From Paraglomus brasilianum (Eukaryota): DNA of 60,822 bases. Below, piece after piece: positions 11,501-24,722 of the stretch. The position numbers were made by a program, and so were the translations under genes. Every line of letters starts with the position of its first letter. Position 1 is the stretch's first letter. The notes under the pieces are model-generated. The model was not told the origin of the DNA. It searched no databases and saw only the letters and a program-made list of their open reading frames with translations. The DNA lies in NCBI GenBank assembly GCA_910592345.1, contig CAJVPI010000074.1, forward strand, positions 1-60,822, written 5' to 3'.

Positions 11501-14500
11501 ACATAGTTGTATGGATGTAGTAGAATTCTATCTTGCTGCGAAAAACTTGCTGGCTCAACATAAACTTGTAGATGGCGCAAATCAACGACCTCATTTTAGT
11601 ATGCGAACACTTGCGCGTGCTTTAAGTTACGTTGCACACATTACACCCACATATGGTCTGCGTCGTTCGCTATATGAAGGGTTCTCCATGACTTTTTTGA
11701 CCCAATTGAACCAGGAAAGTGAGGATCTTATGCAACAATTAGTTGAAAAATTCTTGTTACGTGGTATTGTCAATCCAAGAGCTTTGATTACACAAGCTCC
11801 TCGTCAACCGCAAGACGGAAATTATATTCAGTTTGGTCATTTTTGGCTCGAACGTGGTAGCTATCCAGTCGAAGAGATGCCGCACTATATAATAACGCCT
11901 TCCGTAGAGAAGAAACTAAACAACTTGGCGAGAGTTGTCATGAGCCGCAAATATCCTGTTCTGATACAAGGTCCAACATCAGCCGGAAAGACAAGCATGA
12001 TAGAATATCTTGCCAAAAGGACTGGGCATCGGTTTGTACGAATAAATAACCACGAGCACACAGATTTACAAGAGTACTTGGGAACCTATATATCAAATGC
12101 AGAAGGAAAGTTGCAGTTTCAGGAAGGAGTACTTATCGAAGCGCTGAAGAATGGATACTGGATTGTACTTGATGAACTGAATCTCGCTCCGTCCGACGTA
12201 TTAGAAGCATTAAACAGACTACTCGATGATAACCGCGAACTTTTAATTCCCGAGACGCAGGAAGTCGTTAGACCGCACAAAGACTTTATGTTATTTGCAA
12301 CACAGAATCCACCCGGTGTTTATGGAGGTCGTAAGATATTATCTCGTGCATTTCGTAACAGATTTTTGGAACTTCATTTCGACGATATCCCTGAAGACGA
12401 ATTGGAAACAATCTTAGCTGAACGCTGTGCTATGGCACCTTCATATTGCAAGCGTCTAGTTCAAGTTTATAGACGGTTGATAGAACGACGCTCGGGTACA
12501 CGCATCTTTGAACGAAAGCATGGATTCATTACGTTACGTGACTTGTTTCGGTGGGCTGGACGTGGTGCTGTAGGATATCAAGAATTGGCAGAACACGGAT
12601 ATATGCTATTAGCCGAAAGATTAAGAAAGCCCGAAGAAAAAGCGATTGTCAAGTCCATAATAAAGTCAGTGATGAAAGTTGAAATAACCGAAAGAATGTA
12701 TGACTGCTCACAGCTAGAAGAGTTTAAACAATATTTAGCCAAGAGATCAGATAGCAGTCCTGTGGATGTTGTTTGGACTAAATCAATGAAGAGGTTGTTC
12801 ACTCTTGTATCACAATGTCTACGATTCGATGAACCAGTTTTACTTGTGGGCGAAACTGGCAGTGGAAAGACTACCGTATGTCAAATATTAGCGAATGTGG
12901 AGGGACGAGCATTGCATATTGTTAATTGTCATCAGAATACAGAGACAGCCGACCTGTTGGGAGGACAGCGACCCATAAGAAATAAGTCTGCTATGAATGC
13001 CAATTTGGAAAAGGATCTTGTCTTGTTTGAGTGGCATGATGGACCATTAGTACAGGCTATGAAAAGGGAAGAATTCTTTTTACTCGATGAAATTTCTTTG
13101 GCAGACGATTCTGTACTTGAGCGTTTAAACAGTGTGCTCGAACCCCAACGACTCTTGGTATTGCCTGAAAAGGGTGGTCAACATGTGGAAGAGTTGATAG
13201 CGGCAAAGGGTTTTCAATTCTTAGCAACAATGAACCCCGGTGGTGATTATGGTAAAAAGGAATTATCACCTGCGCTTAGAAATCGGTTTACTGAGATATG
13301 GGTTCCTTCTGTCGTTGATCATGATGACTTGCTACATATCATCGATGCCAAGTTAAAACATTCCAGCACAAAGGGATGTGGTAAAAATATACTTGCATTT
13401 ATAGAGTGGTATTCTCATACGTTGGGAAAGCTGCATGCAGTAACGAGCTTAAGAGATATCTTGTCCTGGGTAGCATTTATAAATGCAACAGCAGAGAAGC
13501 TCGGACCGGGCGTATCTTTTGTGCATGGTGGATGTATGGTATTATTAGATGGTTTAGGGTCTAATACGTCTCCAAGTTTACTTTTATCGGGCGAAGCATT
13601 AAAACAGTTTAGAGATACGTGTTTGAGAAAACTTGTGGAATTGAGCAGAGGTGATGTGGTTTTACGGTCGGATCCGCGCATAGAGTGGAGCATATATGGA
13701 CAAGCAAATTCCGGCGAAGACATGAATCAAGTAGAATCACTAGAGTCAACTTTTGGTATCCATCCGTTTTATGTTCCTAAGGGCCCGCTTAGTGATCAAC
13801 CTCTTACATTTCAGCTGCTTGCTCCAACAACTTGCAGTAACACTATGCGAATCCTTCGTGCAATGCAGCTAAATAAATCAATATTATTGGAAGGAACACC
13901 GGGAATTGGCAAGACTGGGTTGGTTACTGCTATAGCGGCTGCGACAGGCCATAAATTAATTCGCATAAACTTGTCTGAGCAAACAGACTTGATGGACTTG
14001 TTTGGATCGGATCTTCCAGTCGAGGGTGGTAGCAGCGGCGAATTCGCTTGGAGAGATGCTCCATTCTTACAGGCAATGCAGACAGGGGACTGGGTATTGT
14101 TGGATGAACTCAATTTAGCTTCACAATCAGTGCTCGAAGGTTTAAACTCGTGCCTTGATCACAGAGCATCCGTATACATACCCGAGTTGGACAGAGAATT
14201 CTCGTGCTCGAGCGAGTTTAGGGTATTTGGTGCGCAAAATCCACTTAACCAGGGTGGCGGACGCAAAGGCTTGCCCAAATCTTTTGTAAATCGATTCACT
14301 CAAGTTTTTATTGAACCGCTCACCAAAGATGATATGCTTTTTATTTGTCGTAACTTGTTTCCTGAAGTTTGTAGTCCTCTCTTAACAAAAATGGTTGAAT
14401 TCAACACACGCATGTATGAAGAAACAATGGTCAAATGTTCGTTTGCAAGAAATGGTAGTCCTTGGGAATTTAATCTACGTGATGTATTTCGTTGGCTGGA

Positions 14501-17500
14501 ACTGATGAAGGCAGATAAGAATTATTCTTGCCCTGAGACATACTTTGATATAATTTATCTGTATAGGCTTCGTACAGAAGAAGACAGAGTCCGTGCTATT
14601 GCATTGTTTAATGAAGTATTTGACGGAATTTACACGCAAATACGTCGGCCGGCTTATGAGATTACTCCAGATCATATTCAGATCGGTCGGACACGTCTGT
14701 TGCGTCGCTCGCAAGGATCTCGTATTTCCACTAGACAAGACTTGCATCTGCTACAATCTAATCTACTGCCTTTGGAAGTCATCATGAAGTGCGTCGCGAT
14801 GGATTGGATAGTGGTCCTGACAGGTGCCGATGGAACAGGGAAAACAAGTTTAGTAAGGTATATGGCTTCTTTAACAGGCAACAGATTGGAAGAGTTTGCA
14901 ATGAATAGCAGTGTTGACACGGTCGAGTTGCTTGGCGGGTTTGAACAGTTGGATATTGTAAGACATCGCCAGACGTTGTTTGATGATATTGCTGAACTAT
15001 CGAACCAGGTGATGAAAGATTTATTGTCAGGAACTCTTCGATCTTCTAGCAAAGACGATTTATCCAGCAACATTCAAATACTCCACCAGTTGAATGATGC
15101 ATTCTTTGTCATGAACAGTCAATACAAATTGTCTACTGAACCATCCAGTCCAAGGAATACCCCTAAGCTTAACTATAATGCTATCGAGTATCTCTTATCA
15201 ACACTTCGACAAATAATAATTTCCTGTGATTCAATTCGGTCTTTGGAAGTGGATGGCCTGACATCAACCATAGACAAGCTGTATGATAGATTTTTATCTG
15301 TCAAGAAATTAGAAAGTGAGCAAATAACAGGAAGATTTGAATGGATTGATGGTGTGCTTATAAAGGCTCTTCAAAACGGTCATTGGCTTCTTATAGACAA
15401 TGCAAACCTATGTAATCCTTCTGTTCTTGATCGATTGAATCCTTTATTGGAGCCGAATGGAGTGCTGATGGTGAACGAGCGTGGCCTAGTCGATGGAGAG
15501 TTCCAAATTATTCGTCCTCACAAAAACTTTCGTTTATTTATGACTGTTGATCCACATAATGGAGAGTTATCTCGTGCTATGCGCAATCGTGGTGTTGAAA
15601 TATCTTTATTGAGCGCCGAGTGGTCTAGTAATCGACAAGATGCGATAAGGTTAACGAATTGTTACGGATTGCGCGGATTAAAACTTCCAAGTCTCCTTAT
15701 TGACTTGCATAAGTCGCTGAAGCAAAGCGCCATAACCAGAGACGCAAACCCCCGAAGTTATTCGATGATGATTCGTTTTATCGTTGAAAGATTGCAGCGT
15801 GGGGACGGCTTTATGTCTTCATTACGTCATACTCTACAGCAATTTGACGTGCTTAATGAAGTTACCTATAGATCCTTTTTTGAAGAATTAGATAAACTTG
15901 TCAAACTTAATGAACCACAAACCCTATTGAATGACATCAGTCCTACTAATTTTCCGGTGATTTTACGTGGATCCTTTTTTGAGGAAGAATCATCGTTGGC
16001 GACTGTTTGTCTTTACGGCGCGTATCTTATGTGTCTTTTACATAAATATACCACATGTGAAGATGAACAGTCAGCATCTGACATTATACCCTCAATTCAC
16101 GTCGCTTGTGAATTTCTTGTTGAGAAAAGTTTAAGTAAAGAAGTTGCCATTTACATGCGCTGGCTCGATTTTATTTCTTCGACAAAGGTCGCCGCACGGG
16201 AAAGCAAGAAACGCGTTGATGTCATAGATTTTGCCAAATATTTTATTACCGTTTTAATCAATCATCCCCTCGCTTTGCGCTATGCTCAACAAGATGATGT
16301 CAAAGTATCAAAGGTAATTAGCTCGCTTAATCTAGTTTTTTCAGATGTTAACGTTGAGAATACTGCGGCGTAGATTCATTAGCGAACACTTGATTACTTA
16401 CCTAGTATGCATCGATTCTTTTAATCAAGGCTTTTGCGCTGTTGGAACGATATCATCAATGCGAATATGTAGAAAATGTAACTTACCAGCGGTCAATGCG
16501 ACAGAGACTTTCTAAATTAAATATCGTCCAAGAATCCTTCGCTTATCATGAGGGAAGATTGACTGAGATCAGCCACCCGACTATATCATCGATTTATCCT
16601 TTTTTCGAAACTTCACGTCAAGTCCTCAAATGTTGGATAAATGACTGGATGAAATTTCAGGATTTAGAGGTAGGTTGGGTAATTCAAACAGTTCTTGTCT
16701 GCACAAGTTAATAATTTACATATTTTCTTTTCAGACGTTGCACTTGATAAGTACTCTGCTTGATCAACGCAAATTTGTTTGGAATTTGTGTTCAAAGAGA
16801 ACAAACTTGGATGTTGCTGAGTTGAGTGCATGTATACAGATGCTTCGGGAGACAGCCATATTGCTGTGTGAACAGAACAATCAGTATTTTAACGCCATGC
16901 TTCAGTCTATTGAAGCCGTTGCCCAAAAAACTCTACTGAAAACGGGGGCGTCTATGGGCATTATATGGAAAAAGTTTCATTCCATTACACTTCCAGATAA
17001 GAATCTCTCTAGCATTGAGCAAGAACCTTTGGATCTCTGCAATGTGTCGAACATTAAAAATTCGATAATAGAATATTGGAGTGTTTTAAGAGAAATGCAA
17101 ATTTTCGGGCAGCTTGCCTTTCTCGAAAGTCGAAATCTCAAATCACGCGAACTTGAATTAAGTGAAACACTCGAAAGCATCTTGCATCTATGTGAGGTTG
17201 CATCGCAAAAATCAACGCGATCAGCATCGGATTTTGTTGCTCACAAGAGATTATTGTGGATTTACGGACGCGGGTCAGACGGTCTTATCGATGCTGAAGC
17301 TGAATTAGTATTCAACAATATAATCCAGGACATTGTGTGTGGATGGCATACTAGATTATGGAACTATAGTTTTAAAGGAATTTCAGAAAGTACGATTGGA
17401 GTAGAAAAGTCTTTACAAATCGAGGGACCGTCGGCCTTGTTTCAGAGTATATATGCTACAACTTACTTTGCATACATGTGAGTTCTAGCTCTCAATGCTT

Positions 17501-20500
17501 TCTTCATAATGGTCTCCTTTAGCTAATCAACGCATTACATCACTGGTAATAGATTGTCTTCACAAAGCATTAGCATCGGATCCTATAATGAGAGCGTAAT
17601 GCAGCATAAAGAACTCTTGAGACATATATCATCATGCGTTGTCTACCCAGTAAATCGACGCAAGATTGACTTTGCAAATTTGATCTTATACTTGCGACAA
17701 GTAAGTTTGAAAATTGTTGATTGAAATCATAATTATGCTCTTACCTTGTAACTTTATATTAGGTTTTATCCGTGCATCATGAACAATTGTTCCCTGTTAA
17801 TAATAATGTGACCGACATACTGGACCGGTTATCAAACGTTGCTTGGCCACTTCTCAAAGAAATGGATAATACCTTTTTCGATGACAAAATCGCTGATGTT
17901 CTTTGGGACACGTTCCGTTTCATTGAATGTCTTGAAGGCCAGGTCAATATTGCGCTTAAAACGGGTTTACTACCAGTTATCCGATTGTTGCTTGATCTAG
18001 TGTCGAGCACAGATGAGGTCGAAGCATTGAAACTCCTTGGTCAAGCCTGGATTGCATTCTCATTATGCTTTTTCGCCCTTTATATACCGGACTACCCTCT
18101 CGATCCAACTAATGAAGAACGCCTCAGAGCAAATCTTTTCTCATTCAGACAGGATACCCTGAAAAGTCAAATTATGATTCGTCAAGAAATAGAATACTAC
18201 TACACGGGGGAATCAAGTAATAATATCGTAGAGATGCTGAAAAATGACCTGGCCAAACTAAATGTCTCAAATCACAACTCTTCCAATCTTGCATTACGTC
18301 CCGAGCGGTCGCTGCTGGACGATTTGTTCAAGCATGTATACTATCTTTGCGAAAATGTAATCGACCAGAAACATGTAGAAAAACTTTTGTCTGACCTTAA
18401 GATTGGTTGCGATTCCAGTGTCTTGCAAAGAGAACAATTATTTCAAGCAAAAACGCGGCAATTTATTCAAAGAACATCATCTAATTATCCGCTTTATTAT
18501 GATTTACTCCAGCCCATATTTGTTGCTCTATATCAACTCAAGTTTGGTATTCGTCTTGTAGCATCTTCTTGCTTGGCAACAAAAAAAAATAAGAATGAAG
18601 ATCGACTTCAACAAATAATTATTGCTTTATTGGAATGCTCTATCAGAGGACGTCCGCATAGTGAATATTTAGAGTATATTACTCAAGAACCGTCTTTGGA
18701 TGCAGTAAAAGCTATCATTTTTTCTCAACAATCGACATCAAAGAAATGGGACCAATACCTGGAATACTTGTGTGTCGTTCTCAATTGCATTTATCACCGT
18801 GTTGCAATGCAAGGCCACTTAACACTAAAGATACTCGCTTTGTTAGACAGAATTTGTTTAGAAATCGCAATGATTTACTTAGCCGCTGAAGATCAACAGA
18901 AAAAGATGGCTGAAGAAAAAGGGAGTCTTTACAGGCGAAAGACACAAACACATACCATCGTCGGAGATGATGAAAGAGACGAACAAGATTTTAAAAAGAT
19001 GTTTCCAGATTTCAGTCAAGAAATAGATGTAGCAGTTTCAACTGATGAAGACAAGCAAGAAATACCTGCTGCTTTTGAGGATGGGGAGGTTTCCATCGTA
19101 AATGATAATATACTTACTCGGATTGGCACATTACACGCAAGACTATTCGCCGACTTTGACTTCTTACACAAGGTAGATATTCCTTCTCGCGACAGTTTGA
19201 CAAAGCAGACGTTCTTCGCGTCAAGCGTTGTAGTGAGTTCATTAGCGTCACTTAATCATGGGACATTTACGGAGAAGATAGATGCTATCATCGTTCCCTC
19301 CCAGCTTCTCGGGTTTACATTATGGAAAGATTGGTTAAATCACGGCATCGGGACCCCCGAAATGTCTGGTGCAGCAACTGGACGAGCCCAGAGCTATGAT
19401 TTCTATAAAGACACAAACATACCGGAAGCGCGAAGAATTATTCCAGCTTTATCAAGATTTCAGAATCGCATCATCGAGTTACTCAAGGAATGGCCTGAAC
19501 ACGCAGTCTTGCAACAGCTTGATATGTTATGTGATAGAATTAAAGGGTTTAATCTTACTTCCCCAATCGCGAAATTTCTTACTGGATTGGAAATTCTTTT
19601 ACAAAAATCGGAGGAATGGGAGGCATACGCAAGTCGGGATGTTTCAATAAGCAGGGAGCGCGAAGATTTGTCAAGTCTTGTGGTTAGTTGGCGTCAGTTA
19701 GAACTGACTTGCTGGCCAAACCTTTTAGCCTCCCAAGAAGTATACAATGAATTGTCGGTGTATAAATGGTGGTTCCATTTGTACAACAGCGTCCTGCGAC
19801 CCATTGACAAATTTAATGGAGATATCCTGGATGAAGTGGCCTTTAAAGAACACATAACGAAAGTCTTGGAGATACTTGATGAATTCTTGCAATCGTCCAA
19901 ACTGGGTGATTTTCATGCTCGATTAAATCTAGTCTACTCTTTTTACTTGCATCTACGAGCAAAGGTTTATGTACACGGTGCCGCGTCTGCGTTGATCGAA
20001 AGAGCATGCGATTCACTATTAAGTATGCATAATTATTATTGTCAGTTTTTAAATCAACGGAACGATACTTTGGGAATTTTGCGTAAACCAATTGAAAAGG
20101 AGCTCAAAGATTTTGTCAAGTTGGCTAGCTGGAAAGACGTCAACATCCACGCCCTAAAGCAGAGTGCACAGAAAACACACCGGCAATTGCACAAGTGTAT
20201 TCGTAAATACAGGGAAGTTCTTGAAAAACCTATTACAATCGTAATTGCTGTGTATCAGAATGATATTGATACCGCTCAATCAACAGCCATCAAAGATAAG
20301 CAATTTATTATGCAGTCACGAACTGCTGATGCATGGATCTTGAACTTCTCAGCATCTGACTCTCTTCATTTCGGTAAATTTGACGTTAAACGATTTACAA
20401 AATTGCCTTCTCGTTTTGTAAACATTAGCCATACTTTCACACGGCTTCAATCCTACTGTCTTCTTCTGACTAGCCCAAGAGGGGTAGCAAATACCAAAGC

Positions 20501-23500
20501 AATAGACGAATTCGCAACATATGTAATACAACGCATTAAAACCCTCCAGGAAGAAACTTCAGCGGTTATGAAAGAAGATAACAAGAGCTCAGTCAAAAGT
20601 CAAAAGATGGTAAAGAAAAAATCCCTTGTTGACCTTTTAAGAGAACTTAAACGAATTGGCCTTAATCATTTTGCAAAGAAGCTAGCTCAGAAACAACAGG
20701 ATCTCGTTGGATATATGTTGCAACTTCCTTGTGTTGAATTAGAATATTCGTTTAGAGCTTTTGCAAGGAAAGCGCTTCTGCCAGATGTTGACTCAGCGAT
20801 GTCGTTATGGTCAAAGTCTGTCGATTATTATTATAAAATAATTGCACGTATGACTCACCTTCGTACTATTGCTAATACAAATCCATCCAAAGATCTGACT
20901 TCGCAAGAAGTTACGAAAGGTCTTGGTTTCGCTGAACACTTATTACATCTAATTGTGATTGAAAGGAAAGCTTTACACATTTTTGAACAACAATACACAC
21001 GATTGATAGGGATGCTGATGCAACTCAAGCATCTGTCTTCGACATTTGACGATTTACAGAGCCCTAAACGCAATATCGTGGACTTGGAAGTCTTGCCATC
21101 GAATATGGCTGGTGATGCTTTGAAGGTTCACAGCGAGACGTTGGATGATCTTGTTGCTTTATTTTCGAATGCGTACCTTATTGTCAATTGCCAAAAAGAA
21201 GGAGTAGAATCGCTGACTAGTAATGAGATTGATTTTATCAAACAGTTGAAGGATTGGCTTGAACGAATTCAAAAAGCGAGAGATAGATTCAATAAGATTT
21301 ATACAGAAACTTATCTGATTCCAAAACATATAGTTGGAAGCAAGCCATTAGTTTTAGAGGACTTGCAAGTCATAGTGCAAGAAGATGTAGAGACAATTAA
21401 ATCACTTAGTTCATTCCTCACCGATTCATATCGACAGACTCCCCAATTTAAATACATTATGTCACCCATTTCTGACTTTATTGCCTCAAAGGATTATAAA
21501 ATCTTCACACACACCTCTGTCGAAGATTTTAAAGAAAATATACAACTGGAGGAGACCGTTATCACACCTTTACTGGAAGCAACAGCCGACTTTATCGATG
21601 GAATACTAGTAGCAGTTCAAGAATTACATAAGTCTGCTCAACTTAAACACAAAGCCTCGAATGATCAGTTACCAGATAGTATGGATGAAGCAGAAGACAC
21701 TTTTGTGCAAATGGCTGATGGTCATCTGCGACAAGAACACAATCACTTTCTTGAAGCATTCAAAGAACTGAATCCTGGAAATATTTTCAAAAAGTCAGAA
21801 CGCGTTTATGAATTTCTTGATACGCTGATGAATAGTAAAGAAGAATGGTTCAGAAGTACGACTTGCAGAGAACTCGCTGTCCGCTTATTGCAGAGAGTTT
21901 ACCCATTCGTTCACCAATACGTTCTTATCATGCAGTATAAGCTATTGTGCAATCTTGTACATCACAAATCGATTTGCAAGTTAACATACGTTCTGGTAAG
22001 CTCGTTCACTGTCATCTTTTCACGAGGTTTTTGCATGCCAAATATGGAAACCGAAGTCGCTGAGGAAGGTGGCACGGAAGAGAATGCCCAGGGAACTGGT
22101 ATAGGTGAAGGTGAAGGTACTAAAGATGTTAGTGACGAAATTGAAGATGAGGAACAAGTGTTAGGTACGCAAGATCAACAGAACGAGCCAGATTCAGGCA
22201 ATAAAGCGAAAAATGAAGACGACAAAAATAAGGGTATGGAGATGGAGAACGATTTCGAGGGTACAGTAGAAGACATTGATCAGACTGCTGATGACAATAG
22301 AGAAGACGAAGACGAAGACGAAGATGCAGACGAGAATGAAGACTTTGATGAAGAAATCGGAAAACTCGACAATGCTGACCCAGACGTTGTTGATGAAAAA
22401 ATGTGGGATGACAAATCAGTAGATGGCCTTGATGAAAGTGATAAAACTGCTAACGATATGAACACTTGTGAGAATAACGAGACAGATATTGTTGCCAAAA
22501 ATTCAGATGACAAGTCGAAATCCGAAGATAAGCAAAAGAAAGAACGGAAGGATCAACCTGATCAACCCGATCAGGCCCTATCGCCTCAAATTGATGAACA
22601 GGCGGAAAACGAGGATTCTGCTAATGAGGTTGATGGAAAAGATGTTGCACAGACAGATTCGGTTGACATTGAAGTACCAGAGGCTGAAACTTTAGACTTA
22701 CCGGATGACATGAATCTCGATGATATGGATGGTGATCTAAACGACATGGATGATAAACAAGCGGACGAGGAAAATGATTTCGAAAATATGGATATCGATG
22801 ATGAACAAAAGTTTCAGTCAGACAATGACTTTGAAGAGACTCAATCTGTGCAAGATCAATTGGATCCAATGGATACTGAAGACGTAACGGATGAATTTAA
22901 TAAATGTAGTGGAATTGAGGATGAAATTTTAGAGACTGGCGGCGAAGGCGAGACACCAAATCAGCCAAATTTTCATGACCAATCTGTGCTGCCATCCGAA
23001 ACTCGCCAGACAACAGCAAATGAAGAACAGCTTGAGCAGACTCCTTCACAAGATCAAGGCATTACAAGAGGTTATAATAGCGAGACACCAAATCAGCCAA
23101 ATTTTCAGGATCAATCAGTGCTGCCATCCGAAACTCGCCAGACAACAACAAATGAAGAACAGCTTGAGCAGACTCCTTCGCAAGATCAAGGCGACACAAG
23201 AGGTTATAACAATATTCAAGATAAAGAAGAGCGTAAGCACAAACAAGGAAATGCTAATCCTCGTAGGAGTTTAGGTGATGCATTGGCAGAATGGCGCCGC
23301 CGACTTCAAGGTATTACTGATGGGGAAGAGTCAAATAATACTAATGAGAGCGAGCAAGGACGAGATGAGGCCATACCGCAGCTACAAGACAACGAAAATC
23401 AAGCATTTGAGTATATTCGAGACGATGAAACAGCATATGATACCCAAGCCTTAGGAACAGCGGCTGAAGATCAAGTCAAATCACTTGATGCTCAAACAGG

Positions 23501-24689
23501 GGCTATCGATGAAGATATAAAGATCGATGAAAACAAATTTGAATATGCTGTTGACGAATCTGATAATAACGAAGATGTTATACAAAAGAGCGAAACTCCC
23601 TACAAGGAGAGATTGCCATCGGACGTTCAACAGCAAACTGGAGCTATTCTCAGTCACTGTACAAACGAACTCAACGAAACGATGGACCATGACTATGAAA
23701 CAGCCTTGCAAACACTCGAATCTATTCAACTTTCTCATAAACCGTTACCGCAAGAGGAAGTTGACCAAATGCGCCAAGAGTTAGAAACGAGGCTTAGTGA
23801 ATGGCGAGAAAATGGTCGCGATATAAGTAAAGCTCGTGAGTTATGGCAGAAATATGAACATATAACGTACGATTTGGCATACGGTCTGTGCGAACAGTTG
23901 CGATTAATTTTAGAACCAACACTTGCAGCGCGATTAAAGGGTGACTATCGGACTGGTAAACGGTTGAACATGAAACGAATCATTCCATACATTGCTTCCG
24001 ATTTCAAGAAGGATAAAATATGGCTACGGCGTACTAAATGTAATAAAAGACAATATCAAGTGATGATTGCAGTGGACGACTCGAAGTCTATGTGCGAATC
24101 TCATTCTATTCAGCTCGCGTATGAGACGCTGGCTTTAATCTCTCGTGCGTTGTCTCAATTAGAAGTCGGCGATATCTCTATTGTCAGCTTTGGCGAGCGT
24201 GTCCAATTACTCCATCCATTCGATCAGCCATTTACAAGCGAGACTGGGGCTCAAGTGCTACAGCAATTTACTTTTGATCAGGGAAAGACTTATGTGAAAT
24301 CATTTATGGAGACGGCGATTTCTCTATTGGAACATGCAAGGACAACTTGTCAAGGATCACGAAATTCTGAATTGTGGCAATTGTTACTAATTATCTCAGA
24401 TGGCGTCTGTGAGGATCACACTGCTCTACGTAGTCTTGTTCGAAGAGCTGCTGAATCTCAAATAATGACAGTATTCATTATTGTAGACAATAAGGGAGAA
24501 AAGGATTCGATTATATCTATGAATCATGTCAAGTATAAAATGATAAACGGAAGCATGGTTCTGCAGATGGAAAGATATTTGGACACTTTTCCATTTGATT
24601 ATTATGTAGTTCTACGGGATATTAATGCTCTAACTGAAACGCTTTCAGATGCTCTAAGACAATACTTTACGATGATAAGTAGCCAATAA
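8505..24689 (+). CDS. MDN1: Midasin (Rea1/Mdn1) AAA+ ATPase, 60S ribosome biogenesis; 6 predicted exons
   Basis: Six AAA modules with Walker A motifs (GITGCGKS, GETGTGKT, GPTSAGKT, GETGSGKT, GTPGIGKT, GADGTGKT), a long helical linker, a D/E-rich tail and a C-terminal MIDAS/vWA domain (DDSKSM, ISDG). GT-AG introns at about 9006-9098, 16313-16429, 16670-16734, 17478-17552 and 17701-17762. Confidence 0.97.
22948..23211 (+). repeat. In-frame 132-bp tandem duplication (44 aa x 2) in the midasin D/E-rich tail
   Basis: GCGAGACACCAAATCAGCCAAATTTTCA.. begins at both 22948 and 23080. The peptide ETPNQPNF(H/Q)DQSVLPSETRQTT(A/T)NEEQLEQTPSQDQG(I/D)TRGYN occurs twice. Confidence 0.95.
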
Positions 24690-24722
24690 TAAACGAAAAG
24701 TTATCATATAGTTGAATAAGGG

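Noticed and set aside
15385..15420. Midasin AAA6 Walker B reads LLIDNANL (no catalytic Glu)
   Set aside because: A degenerate AAA6 Walker B is a known conserved feature of Rea1/Mdn1.
9443..23784. Many short antisense or alternate-frame ORFs inside MDN1
   Set aside because: These are shadow ORFs of a long coding sequence with no independent motifs.
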